The notes under the pieces are model-generated. The model worked only from the letters and a program-made list of their open reading frames with translations, ran no database searches and was not told the origin of the DNA. Position numbers and translations under genes: made by a program. This document shows, piece after piece, positions 11,030 through 21,782 of a stretch of 22,852 nt of DNA. The DNA comes from Octopus sinensis (lineage: Eukaryota). The stretch's first letter is position 1. Every line of letters begins with the position of its first letter. The stretch covers positions 1 to 22,852 of the forward strand of contig NW_021836765.1 of assembly GCF_006345805.1 (NCBI RefSeq). Reading direction: 5' to 3'.

Positions 11030-11442
11030 TCATACATACATACGTACTTACATACATACATACACACATCCGTACATACGTACATACATACATACACACA
11101 TACATGCATACACACATGCGTACATACGTACATACGCACATACATACATACATACATACATACATACATACATACATACATACATACATACATACACACA
11201 CATATACATACATACACATATAGATACATACACACACAAATACATACATACACATATACATACATTCACGCATACATATACACACATGTACACATACACA
11301 CTGCAAATACTAAAATACACTACAACAATGTGTATACACACAAGATCTAATATTCACACAGCAATAACGTATGTATACATATACATACAAAGCAACAACA
11401 CACACATACGTGTGTGTATATCTATATCTATATCTATATATC

Positions 11443-11497
<55 letters not shown>
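10880..11497. repeat. (TACA)n/(CA)n/(TA)n/(TG)n compound microsatellite
   Basis: Read directly; source of ORFs 10881..11306, 10956..11615 and others. Confidence 0.97.
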
Positions 11498-11499
<2 letters not shown>

Positions 11500-11507
11500 A
11501 TCGAAGG

Positions 11508-11550
11508 AAATGGAACCCTCGTCGTCGCAACCGACGGAGGGCCAGTGCCA
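11508..11550 (+). mobile_element. SINE family B 3' tip
   Basis: TGGAACCCTCGTCGTCGCAACCGACGGAG...GTGCCA matches 14228-14263. Confidence 0.75.
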
Positions 11551-11564
11551 GCTTTTTCCAGATA

Positions 11565-12092
<528 letters not shown>

Positions 12093-12622
12093 TTCGCCAA
12101 TAAAAAAAAAATAGGGATGGAATAGGCACGGTTGGAACGTCTTTGACCATAGGTCTACTCTATCGAGACAAGCCTTCGCCTAAACAACAACATCAAACAC
12201 ATCCTATCGCACTGAGCAACACATAGCTATAACTTGCAAGAAACCAGGAACTCTACTACAACCGGAACTTTCACAACACTACCACTACCATCGCAGCTAC
12301 TACTAGCACCACCACCAGAACGATTCTCCTGCCAAACACCACTTTACTCCAAAGCTACTGTAATACATGTTTTAGTCAAATCTGTCTTTCAAATAAACAA
12401 TCGCTCAACTTCATTATTTATCTGAAATATTTAATCTGCGAGTTTTCATTTTCTCTTTTCGTTTCCTTTCATCGTTTTTCCCCCCCACTATTTATTTTTT
12501 TGCCGAAAGTCATGTACTAGGCGCCATCTAGGAGTTAAAGTCGCTGTAAATATCCGTCTGATTGTCTATCAGTCTGTTGGTCTCTTTCTCTGTCCATCGC
12601 CTTTCTCTCTCTCTGCACCCCC

Positions 12623-12659
<37 letters not shown>

Positions 12660-12779
12660 CTCTCCCTGTGCCTTGATTCGACGTCTGGCAAAATTAAGAC
12701 TACCCAACGGGCAGAGAGAGAAGCGATAAGCCCTTAATGGCGGGGTGAGAAGATAATCTAACTCTTCTACGAGAACACA

Positions 12780-13080
12780 CGTTCACACACATACACACAC
12801 ACAGAGAAATAAATACATACATACATACACATCCATACATACATACACATCCATACATACATACACACACGCGCACACAAACATACATGCAAATATACAT
12901 ACATACATAAATACATATATACATACATACATACATGCATACATGCATACATACATACATACATATATACATACATATATACATACATACATTCATACAT
13001 ACATACATACATACATACATACATACATACATACATACAATACATACATATATACATACAACCAACATACATACATATAT
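12780..13080. repeat. (TACA)n microsatellite
   Basis: Read directly from the sequence. Confidence 0.97.
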
Positions 13081-13597
13081 ACCAGAAAAGAGAAAGCTAC
13101 TTCGAAGACTACAAATCCAATCCAACACTGGAACTGTAAAAATCTATAAAACTTTCCAGAAGTTTATATATATATATATTGAAATATACTTTATTATTTA
13201 AGCTACAAAACCCTCACAAAAAGTAACATAAAACTGCAGTTTTTGTGATATTTTTGCAACTTAAATAATAAAAAATATTATTCTACCTCCGGTATTCGAG
13301 TTCCATTTTTCTTACACGTGTATACAAAAACACTATTGAAAAAGGAAAAAAAGGAAAAAAAACGTATATAAAATTTTTTTTATGGTTAAGACATATGGAA
13401 GGCTTGTACAAGGATATAATAAAAAAAAAAAAAACAGGTTCTATCCGCGATCTTGTGGGGCCCAAAACCTTAACAAGTATTTTGTCATATGTAGACAAAA
13501 CGTTTAGTTCTTGAATTTAGACATGGAGTGGGGTCTAAGAAACTTTTCCAGATGAGCCATCTTTCCATATCACAAAGATTGTCCTATATATGTGTGT

Positions 13598-13630
<33 letters not shown>

Positions 13631-13682
13631 GTGTGTGTGTGTGTGCGTGTGTGTGCGCGCGCGTGTGTGTGTGTGTGTGTAC

Positions 13683-13730
13683 TTTTATTCTTTAATTTGT
13701 TTCAGTCATTTGACTGCGGCCTTGCTGGAT
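13683..13730 (-). mobile_element. SINE family A 3' tip
   Basis: TTGTTTCAGTCATTTGACTGCGGCC.TGCTGGA is the reverse complement of the family A tail. Confidence 0.8.
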
Positions 13731-13787
13731 ATATAAATTCCTCTATTTACATGATGTCGAGGTCTCATTCTTTTGTCATTTTATTTT

Positions 13788-14117
13788 ACCGTCGTCCCTT
13801 GTCCCGACCGCTGGTTGGCCAAGCTGGTGCGATTGCTCTTCGACTTTCTGTGGAAGGGTCAGGTACCACTGGTCAGGCGCTCCATCTGCTGTCAGCAGCC
13901 GCTGAACAGAGGCCTTGGCATGCCATGATTGCTGATGCGCAAACATGCGCTCAGGCTACGGCATCTCAAGCGTTTCCTGGACGGTGAACAGGTGTGGTTG
14001 CTTTTCGTCAGACACGACTTTCCGCAGCTCGTCTCTTTGACAGAGCTGCAATCTTGGATCAAACGCAGGCCGAGAAAGGGCGCTTGGCACCTCGAGTGCC
14101 GTCAAGCTCTCTCGTAG
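13788..14117 (+). pseudogene. L1/Tx1-clade LINE ORF2 fragment (region C-terminal to RT)
   Basis: One frame: TVVPCPDRWLAKLVRLLFDFLWKGQVPLVRRSICCQQPLNRGLGMP*LLMRKHALRLRHLKRFL. This fits the FlW.g...GlGlP...A.rl pattern of L1/Tx1 ORF2; one stop at 13926. Confidence 0.8.
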
Positions 14118-14157
14118 CAAATTTATTGGAAGGTGGGTGAATGTCGGTAAAATGGCC

Positions 14158-14263
14158 ATTAAGGGTACACGTGTCTGTGGAGTGCACGTTAATTTCAGGA
14201 GAAGGTTGTTCCGTTGGTCGGATCAACTGGAACCCTCGTCGTCGTAACCAACGGAGTGCCACG
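14158..14263 (+). mobile_element. SINE family B 3' portion
   Basis: Reverse complement of 397-503 with a small deletion. Confidence 0.85.
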
Positions 14264-14534
14264 CAGTATTATTTGTAGAGGTGGTGGTGGTGGAGGCAGT
14301 AGTGGTGGTGGTGGTGGTGGTGGTGATGGCGGTGCTGCGGTTGCTACTGCGGCTGCTGCTGCTGTTGCCTCATTCTATTTTGCCAGATCAATGGGTATGT
14401 TGCGATGTGAAGCCATTAAAGTGTACAACACTGTGAAAAAGATGGAACAAACCTTACCGTAAACGGAAACTAATTTACATTCTTAAGGATTCTCGACCAC
14501 ATGAAACGCTAAATTGCACATCTCAACCCCGCTG

Positions 14535-14654
14535 CATCTCTCCCTCCCTTACCATCTCTCTCTCTTTGACTCTCTCTCCCTCTCTGACTCTCCCCCTCTC
14601 TCTCTCTCCCTGAGACTCTCCCTCTCTCTCACTCTCTCTCTCTCTCTGACTCTC

Positions 14655-14692
<38 letters not shown>

Positions 14693-14700
14693 AATCTATC
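14535..14700. repeat. (CT)n-rich polypyrimidine tract
   Basis: Read directly from the sequence. Confidence 0.95.
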
Positions 14701-14934
14701 TATCACTTAAGATCTCTGTAACTACCAATCTGCAATTCTGCTTGCTTGCTTGTTTGTGTGTGTGTATATAGACACGCATATTTAATTATGTGTTTATATG
14801 CATGCATATGTATGCTCGCTTGCAAAGCATTCGTACATACATACAAAAAGGCACGCACAAACATACACATACATACACAAGCGCACACGAATGTGCCCGC
14901 TCTTGCTTTGATTGGCAGCGGTTGATATTGAAGA

Positions 14935-15075
14935 TGATGATACCGATGATGATGATCATCATCATCCTGGTGGTGGTGGTGGTGGTGGTGGTGGTAGTGG
15001 TGATGGTGGTGATGATAATGATGATGATAATGGTGGTGGTTGTGGTTGTGGTTGTGGTGGTGATGATGATTGTGA
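14935..15075. repeat. (GAT)n/(GGT)n/(GTT)n trinucleotide mosaic
   Basis: Read directly; produces the poly-His/Pro/Val ORFs. Confidence 0.95.
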
Positions 15076-15144
15076 TGGTGAATATAAATGACTGAAAGAC
15101 AAATAAAATAGAATACTAAACAAATAAGAATAATAACTATTTGA

Positions 15145-15183
<39 letters not shown>

Positions 15184-15359
15184 CGTACGTGTGTGTGTGT
15201 ACGTGTGTGTGTATGTTTGTATGTGTGTACGTGTGTGTATATTAGTGTGTGCACGTGTATATGTATTTGAGTGTGTGTGTGTGTATGTCTGTATGTGTGT
15301 ACGTGTGTGGGTATTAGTGTGTGCACGTGTGTATGTATGTGTGTGTGTGCGTGTGTGCG

Positions 15360-15390
<31 letters not shown>
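15145..15390. repeat. (TG)n compound tract with a ~45-bp internal duplication
   Basis: GTACGTGTGTG.GTATTAGTGTGTGCACGTGT occurs at ~15227 and ~15299. Confidence 0.93.
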
Positions 15391-15452
15391 AGAATGTTTG
15401 GGTGATACGGAAGTTACCAAGAAACGGTTGTACGCATGCTTGCTTTTATTAT

Positions 15453-15677
15453 AAGGCGGGGATCGTTAGCGCGCCGGACAGAATGCTTGGCGGCATTTCG
15501 TCCGGCTTTACGTTCCGAGTTCAAATTCTGCCAACGTCGACTTTGTCTTTCCCTCCTTCTGAGGGGTGGCGTTGGGGTCGATAAACTAAGTACCAGTTAC
15601 GCACTGGGGTCGATATGGTCGATTTATCCCCTTCGCACTAAATCGCTGGCCTTGTGCTAAAATTCGAAACCATTATT
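15453..15677 (+). mobile_element. SINE family C, near full length
   Basis: B-box-like GAGTTCAAATTC; central GTCGACTTTG.CTTTC.TCCT...GGGGTCGATAAA.TAAGTACCAG; three other copies in the window. Confidence 0.88.
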
Positions 15678-15734
15678 GGACATGGTGTTATCTGTGGCAC
15701 TGATTACTAGAGTCAAGGAATGAGGACGAAGATA

Positions 15735-15985
15735 GCACACACACACACACACACACACACATTCACTAACACACACACATTCACTCACTCACGCACACAT
15801 TCACTCACCCACACACACTCACACTCACACACTCATTCACTCACATACACACACATTCACTTACTCACATACACACACATTCACTCACACACACACTCAC
15901 ACAGTCACTCACACACACACACTCTCACATGCACACACATTCACACACATACACTCACTCACTTACACACACACACACACATACA
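15735..15985. repeat. (CA)n/(CACT)n compound microsatellite
   Basis: Read directly from the sequence. Confidence 0.95.
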
Positions 15986-16066
15986 CAGACGATTGTCGTT
16001 TAATTAATTTGTTTCACTCCTGCACCTGGTTCCTACCTCTGATGAGGTCAAACCGTGTCGTCAAAC

Positions 16067-16255
16067 CGAGCTGGCAGAATCGTTAGCACGCCGGGCGAAA
16101 TGCTTAGCAGTATTTCGTCTGCCATCACGTTCTGAGTTCAAATTCCGCCGAGGTCGACTTTGCCTTTCATCCTTTCGGGGTCGATGTAATCGACTTAATC
16201 CCTTTTCTGTCCTTGTTTGTCCCCTCTATGTTTAGCCCCTTCTGGGCAATAATAA
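16067..16255 (+). mobile_element. SINE family C with internal deletion and an alternative 3' tail
   Basis: Matches the 15453 copy up to GGGGTCGAT (16177-16185), lacks the segment between the two GGGGTCGAT repeats, then has a different tail. Confidence 0.85.
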
Positions 16256-16819
16256 ATAAGAATGCTGTTTGGGTTCTGTATTTATACATGTTCGAAATCT
16301 GGAAGTAGATCGGGAGAACAAAAGACGGTGAATGTGTTTATCTATGTTGCATTGAATTTAATCAAAAGACTATGGCTTAAACTGAGTATGACAGTTGACT
16401 GTCATAAATTTCCAAGTATAAATGTCGAGAACAATGGAAAGAAGCTTAACGAATAATTTAGGCTAAGGTTTTGATTCCTGGTTAAGAATCACAGAAACGA
16501 GCCGTTTCAGTCTTTATTACAACGTAAAATTGTTTTAGTTCACGTCGTACTTGCTCAAATATATACCGCTTCTCATTTGCCTGACAAACAAATTCAGGAA
16601 ATATAAAGAAAATGAAAAAAAATTCTCATTTGATTTCTAGTAAAAACCTTTCTCTCCTTTCAACTTTTTTCATTGTGCACGCATATTGTGTGTGTGTGTG
16701 TGTGGTGGCAATGGTGTTCAAACTGCTGTTTAGAAATATATGGCCCATAAAATCGTTCAAGCAGGAAATGTAAGCAATTAGCTAACACATACACGCGTAC
16801 AAACACACGCACGCACGCA

Positions 16820-16858
<39 letters not shown>

Positions 16859-17104
16859 ACACCTTCTCTCTCTCCCCCCTCTCTCTCTCCCAAATACGCA
16901 GACACGTACACACACACACACACACTCTCAAATACGCAGACACATATACACACTCTCAAATACGCTGACACGTATACACACACACACACATACACACACA
17001 CACACACAAGCACATACACACACAATCGCTCACACAAGCGTGCATGCATATACAAGTTCATACAGATACACATTCACATACGTGCTTACATATATGCATA
17101 AACA

Positions 17105-17240
17105 TTCGTTGTCCCCGAGAAACACGTTAAGAGTAACACGTGTCTGTGCAGCGCTCAGCTACTTGCATGCTAATTCCACGAGCAGGCTGTTCCGTTGATC
17201 AGACCAACTGAGGACCCTCGTCGTCGTAACCGGTGCAGCA
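17105..17240 (+). mobile_element. SINE family B 3' portion
   Basis: CCCCGAGAA..CGTTAAG.GT.ACACGTGTCTGTG...GACCCTCGTCGTCGTAACC matches the other family B copies. Confidence 0.85.
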
Positions 17241-17553
17241 CCAGAAGGATCCATACATCGATTAATTACCTGAAACCGAAGGTTTTACATCAGAGGGTCC
17301 CTCTCCTAGAAGGATGCTGTGACAACAGCTACTGGGTCCTTCACACTCGATAGTTTTACTGCGCACTCTTACTGAATGTATTTCTACGTCCCCGCTCTCA
17401 CATGGAATGTCAATGCATATGCTGGTTAACCCACAGCAGGGAACCAGTCAGGTGCTTCCACTTCGGGTCAGAGAAGACTTGAGAGCATTAGTGGCACTGG
17501 AGCAATACAAGTCTGAAGGACGCGAGTGAGATTGGCTCAGCATAAACCATCTC

Positions 17554-17804
17554 CACTATGATAAGCTCTATCTGCGACGATTTCATCTCAATCGAAGGAG
17601 AGGGGCTTTCTCCGTCCTGGTTGCGGATCCGTGGAATAAGCTGCCGGATGAGATAGTGAAGATGCCGACGACCGCTCGGTTCAAAGTCTCTCTTGACCAG
17701 AAATGGTCTGAACTCTTTGCATGAACACCCCTGTACATAACTCCATGTCCCCTCTACATGGCCTTGCTTTTTGCTTTTTGAGCCAAAAAATTAACTTAAC
17801 TTAA
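17554..17804 (+). mobile_element. 5'-truncated CR1-clade LINE 3' end
   Basis: Frame 17554-17724: HYDKLYLRRFHLNRRRGAFSVLVADPWNKLPDEIVKMPTTARFKVSLDQKWSELFA* (H..KL...R...FS.RV...WN.LP...FK..LD pattern). 3' UTR hairpin CCATGT/ACATGG (17743-17761) and (TTAAC)n tail (17791-17804). Confidence 0.88.
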
Positions 17805-18558
17805 TAAATCCTTTTTGCGTTTTGGGATAATTTACTGAGCGTTTAAAAATGGCAACGGGGGCAAACCCCGCCTGAAAACCTAGAGGGAGAGAGACACTAC
17901 AGCAAATATGTACGGTTGTACTTGACCAATGTCTGGAATCCCTTGCGGCTCCGTTGATGCTGCGTACTTATTGAGTTCTTACTTCCTGACATATCCATGA
18001 ATGGACAGGCGATAAGTCTACATGGCGTTGGAAACTTGCTTCTGGAAAAGGGACAGGCACAGCAGAGATGGTCAAGTTAATGCCTCTGCCAAACCGCCGA
18101 CAAAAAATATGAAATGCCAACCAAAGCATATTGCGGAGTTGGAAGCAGAGCAAGGATGAAAGCTTTCTTCGCCGAAAGAATCATCTTAGTAAAGGAATGA
18201 AAAGCGTAAGGTTTCCAGAGAGTTGGTAAAATATCTCTTGGGCAAGAATCCCAAATAACATGCTGCATCTCATACATTTTTTCCTCTCTGTACCATTCTT
18301 ATCTCATCCTTCCCTTCCTATATTTTTCACCTCATTTATGTTCTCTGTGTTCAAATGACAGTAAAGGCGTTAGTTACATGTTTGCTTCAATAGATGGAGG
18401 CTTCGTCTTTCTTAGAGTGGTTCAGATTTTTTTTACTCTTTACTGTTAGAAGAACAAAGTAGTTTGGCTTACATCTACACCCAGGCATTTTCCTTCTGCC
18501 TGTTTATATGCATGTTTAAGTAGATATATGTGTGTGGCATATAAATACATACATATGC

Positions 18559-18559
<1 letters not shown>

Positions 18560-18589
<30 letters not shown>

Positions 18590-18649
18590 CACGTATGTAT
18601 GTGTGTAAGTTCGTTCGTATGTATGTATGTATGTATGTATGTATGTATG

Positions 18650-18680
<31 letters not shown>
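18560..18680. repeat. (TA)n and (TATG)n microsatellite
   Basis: Read directly from the sequence. Confidence 0.96.
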
Positions 18681-18681
<1 letters not shown>

Positions 18682-18877
18682 ACAGCTGTTGCTCTTCTTG
18701 GTTACCGTTTTTCTGTGACTAATTTTTGGCAACTATCTTCCATTTCTTTTTTTTTTTTCCATTTCTTTCTTTTTTTCTGTTTGGCGTTTTTCTTCTTTTT
18801 TTCTAATTTTCTCACTGAAAAAAAGTTTTCTTTATCTTTCTTTAAATATTTTGATTTCCATGCTTGTATTTCAATGT

Positions 18878-18938
18878 AACCATCATCATCATCATCAACA
18901 ACAACAACACAACCACTACTACCATCATCATCATCATT

Positions 18939-18985
<47 letters not shown>

Positions 18986-19012
18986 CGTCGTCGTCGTCGT
19001 CGTCGTCATCAA
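18878..19012. repeat. (CAT)n-(AAC)n-(GTT)n-(GTC)n trinucleotide mosaic
   Basis: Read directly from the sequence. Confidence 0.95.
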
Positions 19013-19018
19013 CATTGA

Positions 19019-19092
19019 GGGCGGTGAACTGGAAGAATCGTTAGGGCGTCGGACAAAATAAATACCTAGCGGCATTTCTTCCGGCTCTGAGA
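19019..19092 (+). mobile_element. SINE family C 5' fragment
   Basis: GGCGGTGAACTGG.AGAATCGTTAG..CG.CGGACAAAAT...CTAGCGGCATTTC matches the family C head. Confidence 0.75.
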
Positions 19093-19114
19093 AATTTGTC
19101 CAGATGCTTGGCCA

Positions 19115-19286
19115 TAGGCGCAGGCGTGGCTGTGTGGTGGAAAGCTTACTCCCCAACCACACGGTTCTGGCTTCAGTTCCATTGCGTGGCCCCACGGGCA
19201 AGTGTCTTCTACTATAGCCTCGGGCCGACCAAAGCCTAGTGAGTGGATTTGGTAGACGGAAACTGAAAGAAGCCTGTCCTATAAAT

Positions 19287-19331
<45 letters not shown>

Positions 19332-19492
19332 TGTGTGTGTCTGTGTTTGTCTCCCACCATCGCTTGACAACTGGTAAAAGAGACCGGTAGAATAAGTACT
19401 AGGCAAGTCCTGGAGTCGATTTCTTCGACTACAACCCTTTAAGGTAGTGTTCCAGCATGGCCGCAGTTAAGTGACTGAAACAAGTAAAAGAG
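19115..19492 (+). mobile_element. SINE family A, near full length, with internal (TG)n
   Basis: Collinear with 1998-2405. Confidence 0.92.
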
Positions 19493-20008
19493 TAAGATAA
19501 TAAAAGAATACTTTTTAAATGTAAGCATCAGGACAAATTTCTGTTATTGAACTGGAAAACACCATTGTCTCCCGATTAAGCATGCAGGCGCACAAGTTTT
19601 TACACTTATATTAATTCTAATTCAAATGGGCTTAATTTTCTTTTTCTTTTTGCTCATTTCACTTTTTTGTTTTACCTTCCTTTGTCCTTTCTCGTGCTTT
19701 CTCAAAGACCAGTATTCTTTTTTGTTTTTTAAAAATGGACAAACCATGTTGTATATTTGAGTTTGAAAGATTGCTAGGAAATACACGGCACGCTATACAA
19801 GTGTGTCTGATAATTGTATTTCCATAGCGTGAAACAAATAGTAGCTCGAATCTGAATTGTGTGTATATAAAATGATATTTATCTATCACTAAATGGAGTA
19901 CTTATTTTGTTTATTCACCAATAACGAAACAGTACATCATAAATGTATGTATATATCCATATACATGACAATAACTCTGAATATAGCATACATGTTCATA
20001 TAGAAACA

Positions 20009-20054
<46 letters not shown>

Positions 20055-20059
<5 letters not shown>

Positions 20060-20197
20060 TAATCCAAACAAGAAAATAAAAAACAACACGCAAGGATGTG
20101 GAACAAATAAGTATTATTGGACGCTCAGGAAAGAAGGGAAGAAGGGGGTTTGACGTTTCGAGCGGAGCTCTTCGTCGGAAACATAGGAGAAAGAAAC
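20055..20197 (-). mobile_element. Short Penelope pLTR-like repeat with hammerhead motif
   Basis: Flanked by (TA)n; the sequence downstream of the motif (TTCCTGAGCGTCCAATAATAC) resembles the 7447-7650 family. Confidence 0.6.
20148..20182 (-). ncRNA. Minimal type I hammerhead motif (U4->C variant)
   Basis: Minus strand: GUUU CCGACGA A GAGC-UCC-GCUC GAAA CG UC^AAAC. Perfect 4-bp helices I and II; GUC triplet. Confidence 0.72.
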
Positions 20198-20760
20198 ATA
20201 TATATATAAATTGTATATACATGCAGGTAAGCATTGGTAGTTATATATTGATTCAGGCACGTTCGTACATAATTGTCAATATACATACGTATAAACAAAG
20301 AAAGCCGTATACAAAATTATATTTACAGTAAAGTATATACTTATATACAAACACGCATTCGTCGGTATCAGATTTCCTGTAAGAACATCTTCTCAGGTTT
20401 TGTCTCACAATTTCGTTCCTTCTTATTTTGGGCGAGAAAACGTCAATCTGACAATGGAGGTTTCAGGCTTAGCTTGATCTTATCAGCTTCAGTGTGGTTA
20501 AAACCGATCGTCTCGCTTTAATGTGTCTTGTAGTTATAGGAATCGTCCTCCTTAGCTGTTGTAACAACGAAATTGCTTTAGAACAGAAACAAACAGTTTC
20601 TTATTCAGACTCTCTCTCACACACACACACACACATGTACATATACGTGTATATGTATATATATATATTTATATATATGTATATATGTATGTATGTATAT
20701 ATGTATTTATATATATGTATATATGTATGTATGTATATATGTACATATATGTATATATGT

Positions 20761-20929
20761 ATGTACATTGTTTACATTATTTACATTATTTACATTTGAC
20801 AGATATTTGTCCTCATTTTGTTTGTTGTTAACACAACGTTTCGGCTGATATACCCCCCACCCAACACTTCATCAGGTGTCTTGGGTAAATTTCGAACCTG
20901 GGTTCTCATTCCTAAGGTATTTTTCGATG

Positions 20930-20972
<43 letters not shown>

Positions 20973-21011
20973 TATTATTATCATTATTATTATTATTATT
21001 ATCATTATTAA

Positions 21012-21056
<45 letters not shown>
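20761..21056 (-). mobile_element. Inverted, headless copy of the (AAT)n plus hammerhead-tail element
   Basis: 20761-20933 is the reverse complement of ~21785-21930 (CTTAGGAATGA.AACC.AGGTTCGAAATTT.CCCAAGA.ACCTGA.GAAG...CCGAAACGTT...ATGAGGACAAATATC.GTCAAATGTAAATAAT); (ATT)n at 20934-21056. Confidence 0.9.
20830..20880 (-). ncRNA. Type I hammerhead motif, helix I intact, helix II damaged
   Basis: Minus strand: GACAC CUGAUGA A GUGUUGGGUGGGGGGUAUAUCAGCC GAAA CG UU^GUGUU. Confidence 0.72.
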
Positions 21057-21123
21057 GGTGTAGTAGTTAAGAGCGCGGGCTACTAACCCCAAGATTCCGA
21101 GTTCGCTTCCAAGCTGTGACCTG
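21055..21123 (+). mobile_element. tRNA-derived Pol III head followed by (AAT)n
   Basis: A-box-like TGGTGTAGTAG, anticodon-arm-like GGG-CTACTAA-CCC, B-box-like GAGTTCGCTTCC (21099-21110). No complete cloverleaf, so not a tRNA gene. Confidence 0.75.
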
Positions 21124-21174
21124 AATAATAATAATAATATAATAATAATAATAATAATATAATAATAATAATAA

Positions 21175-21729
21175 ATGCCCTGATGCAGTACCAGCAGAGG
21201 CGCTCATGGCTTCTGATCTTAACTGATTGGAAGTGTTATCATGTACATTTTCTGTCTTGGTATAAAAGATGGGCTACCGCAAATATTCTGCTCAATACCA
21301 CAGATTTGCTTGTCAGTTGTTTGACCTTAACCAGTTGAGCATGTCCCTTAGTGGCTGACGATTATGTGCATCTCTGATCACGAGCAGAAGTAGTGGGGGA
21401 GCATCATAGCCATGTGTTGAGAGGGATTCTTTGGGGTTTGAATAATTCACCTCTGGAGACATGGGTGGGTTTTTCAACATCCTTAAACAACCCTTATTCA
21501 GGGACCGTTTGAGCGGGATGGGCTACTCAACCTGAAGAAATTCTAACTGGGCCCCACCTGCAAGGTCATGTGCTGTTTATCTTGATATGAGATCACCATG
21601 CCGCGCACATATGGTTGTGATGCATGTGCCTGGGGTGCCCTATCAGACGGGTAGTCATGATGGGTATATTGGGCTTCGTATATTTTTACCCCCATGTCCA
21701 CTTTGATGGCATGAACTGCTCTCTCACTC
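21175..21729. mobile_element. 555-bp non-coding element inserted within an (AAT)n tract
   Basis: Sharp boundaries with (AAT)n on both sides (21124-21174 and 21730-21782); GC content higher than flanks; no TIR or recognisable ORF. Confidence 0.65.
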
Positions 21730-21769
<40 letters not shown>

Positions 21770-21782
21770 TATAAGAATAATA

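Noticed and set aside
13590-13680. (TG)n/(CG)n alternating tract with Z-DNA potential
   Set aside because: An ordinary microsatellite variant in a genome full of such tracts.
14365-14480. Possible small host exon (TTTTGCCAG acceptor, GTATGT or GTAAGG donor-like sites)
   Set aside because: No consistent open frame or recognisable peptide; splice-like words are common by chance.
16039-16066. CTGATGAG hammerhead-like start
   Set aside because: No GAAA and no helix II partner downstream.
16387-16406. Hairpin TATGACAG-TTGA-CTGTCATA
   Set aside because: An isolated 8-bp stem is expected occasionally in 23 kb; no context supports a function.
21055-21123. Functional tRNA gene
   Set aside because: No acceptor stem, mutated B box, and it runs directly into (AAT)n; better read as a SINE head.
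21180-21235. Short resemblance to U2 snRNA segments (TGCAGTACC; ATCAGTTAAGATC on the minus strand)
   Set aside because: The two matches are short, on opposite strands and not collinear; probably chance.
21543-21731. 62-aa minus-strand ORF in the 555-bp insert
   Set aside because: No recognisable motif, and the length is expected by chance.
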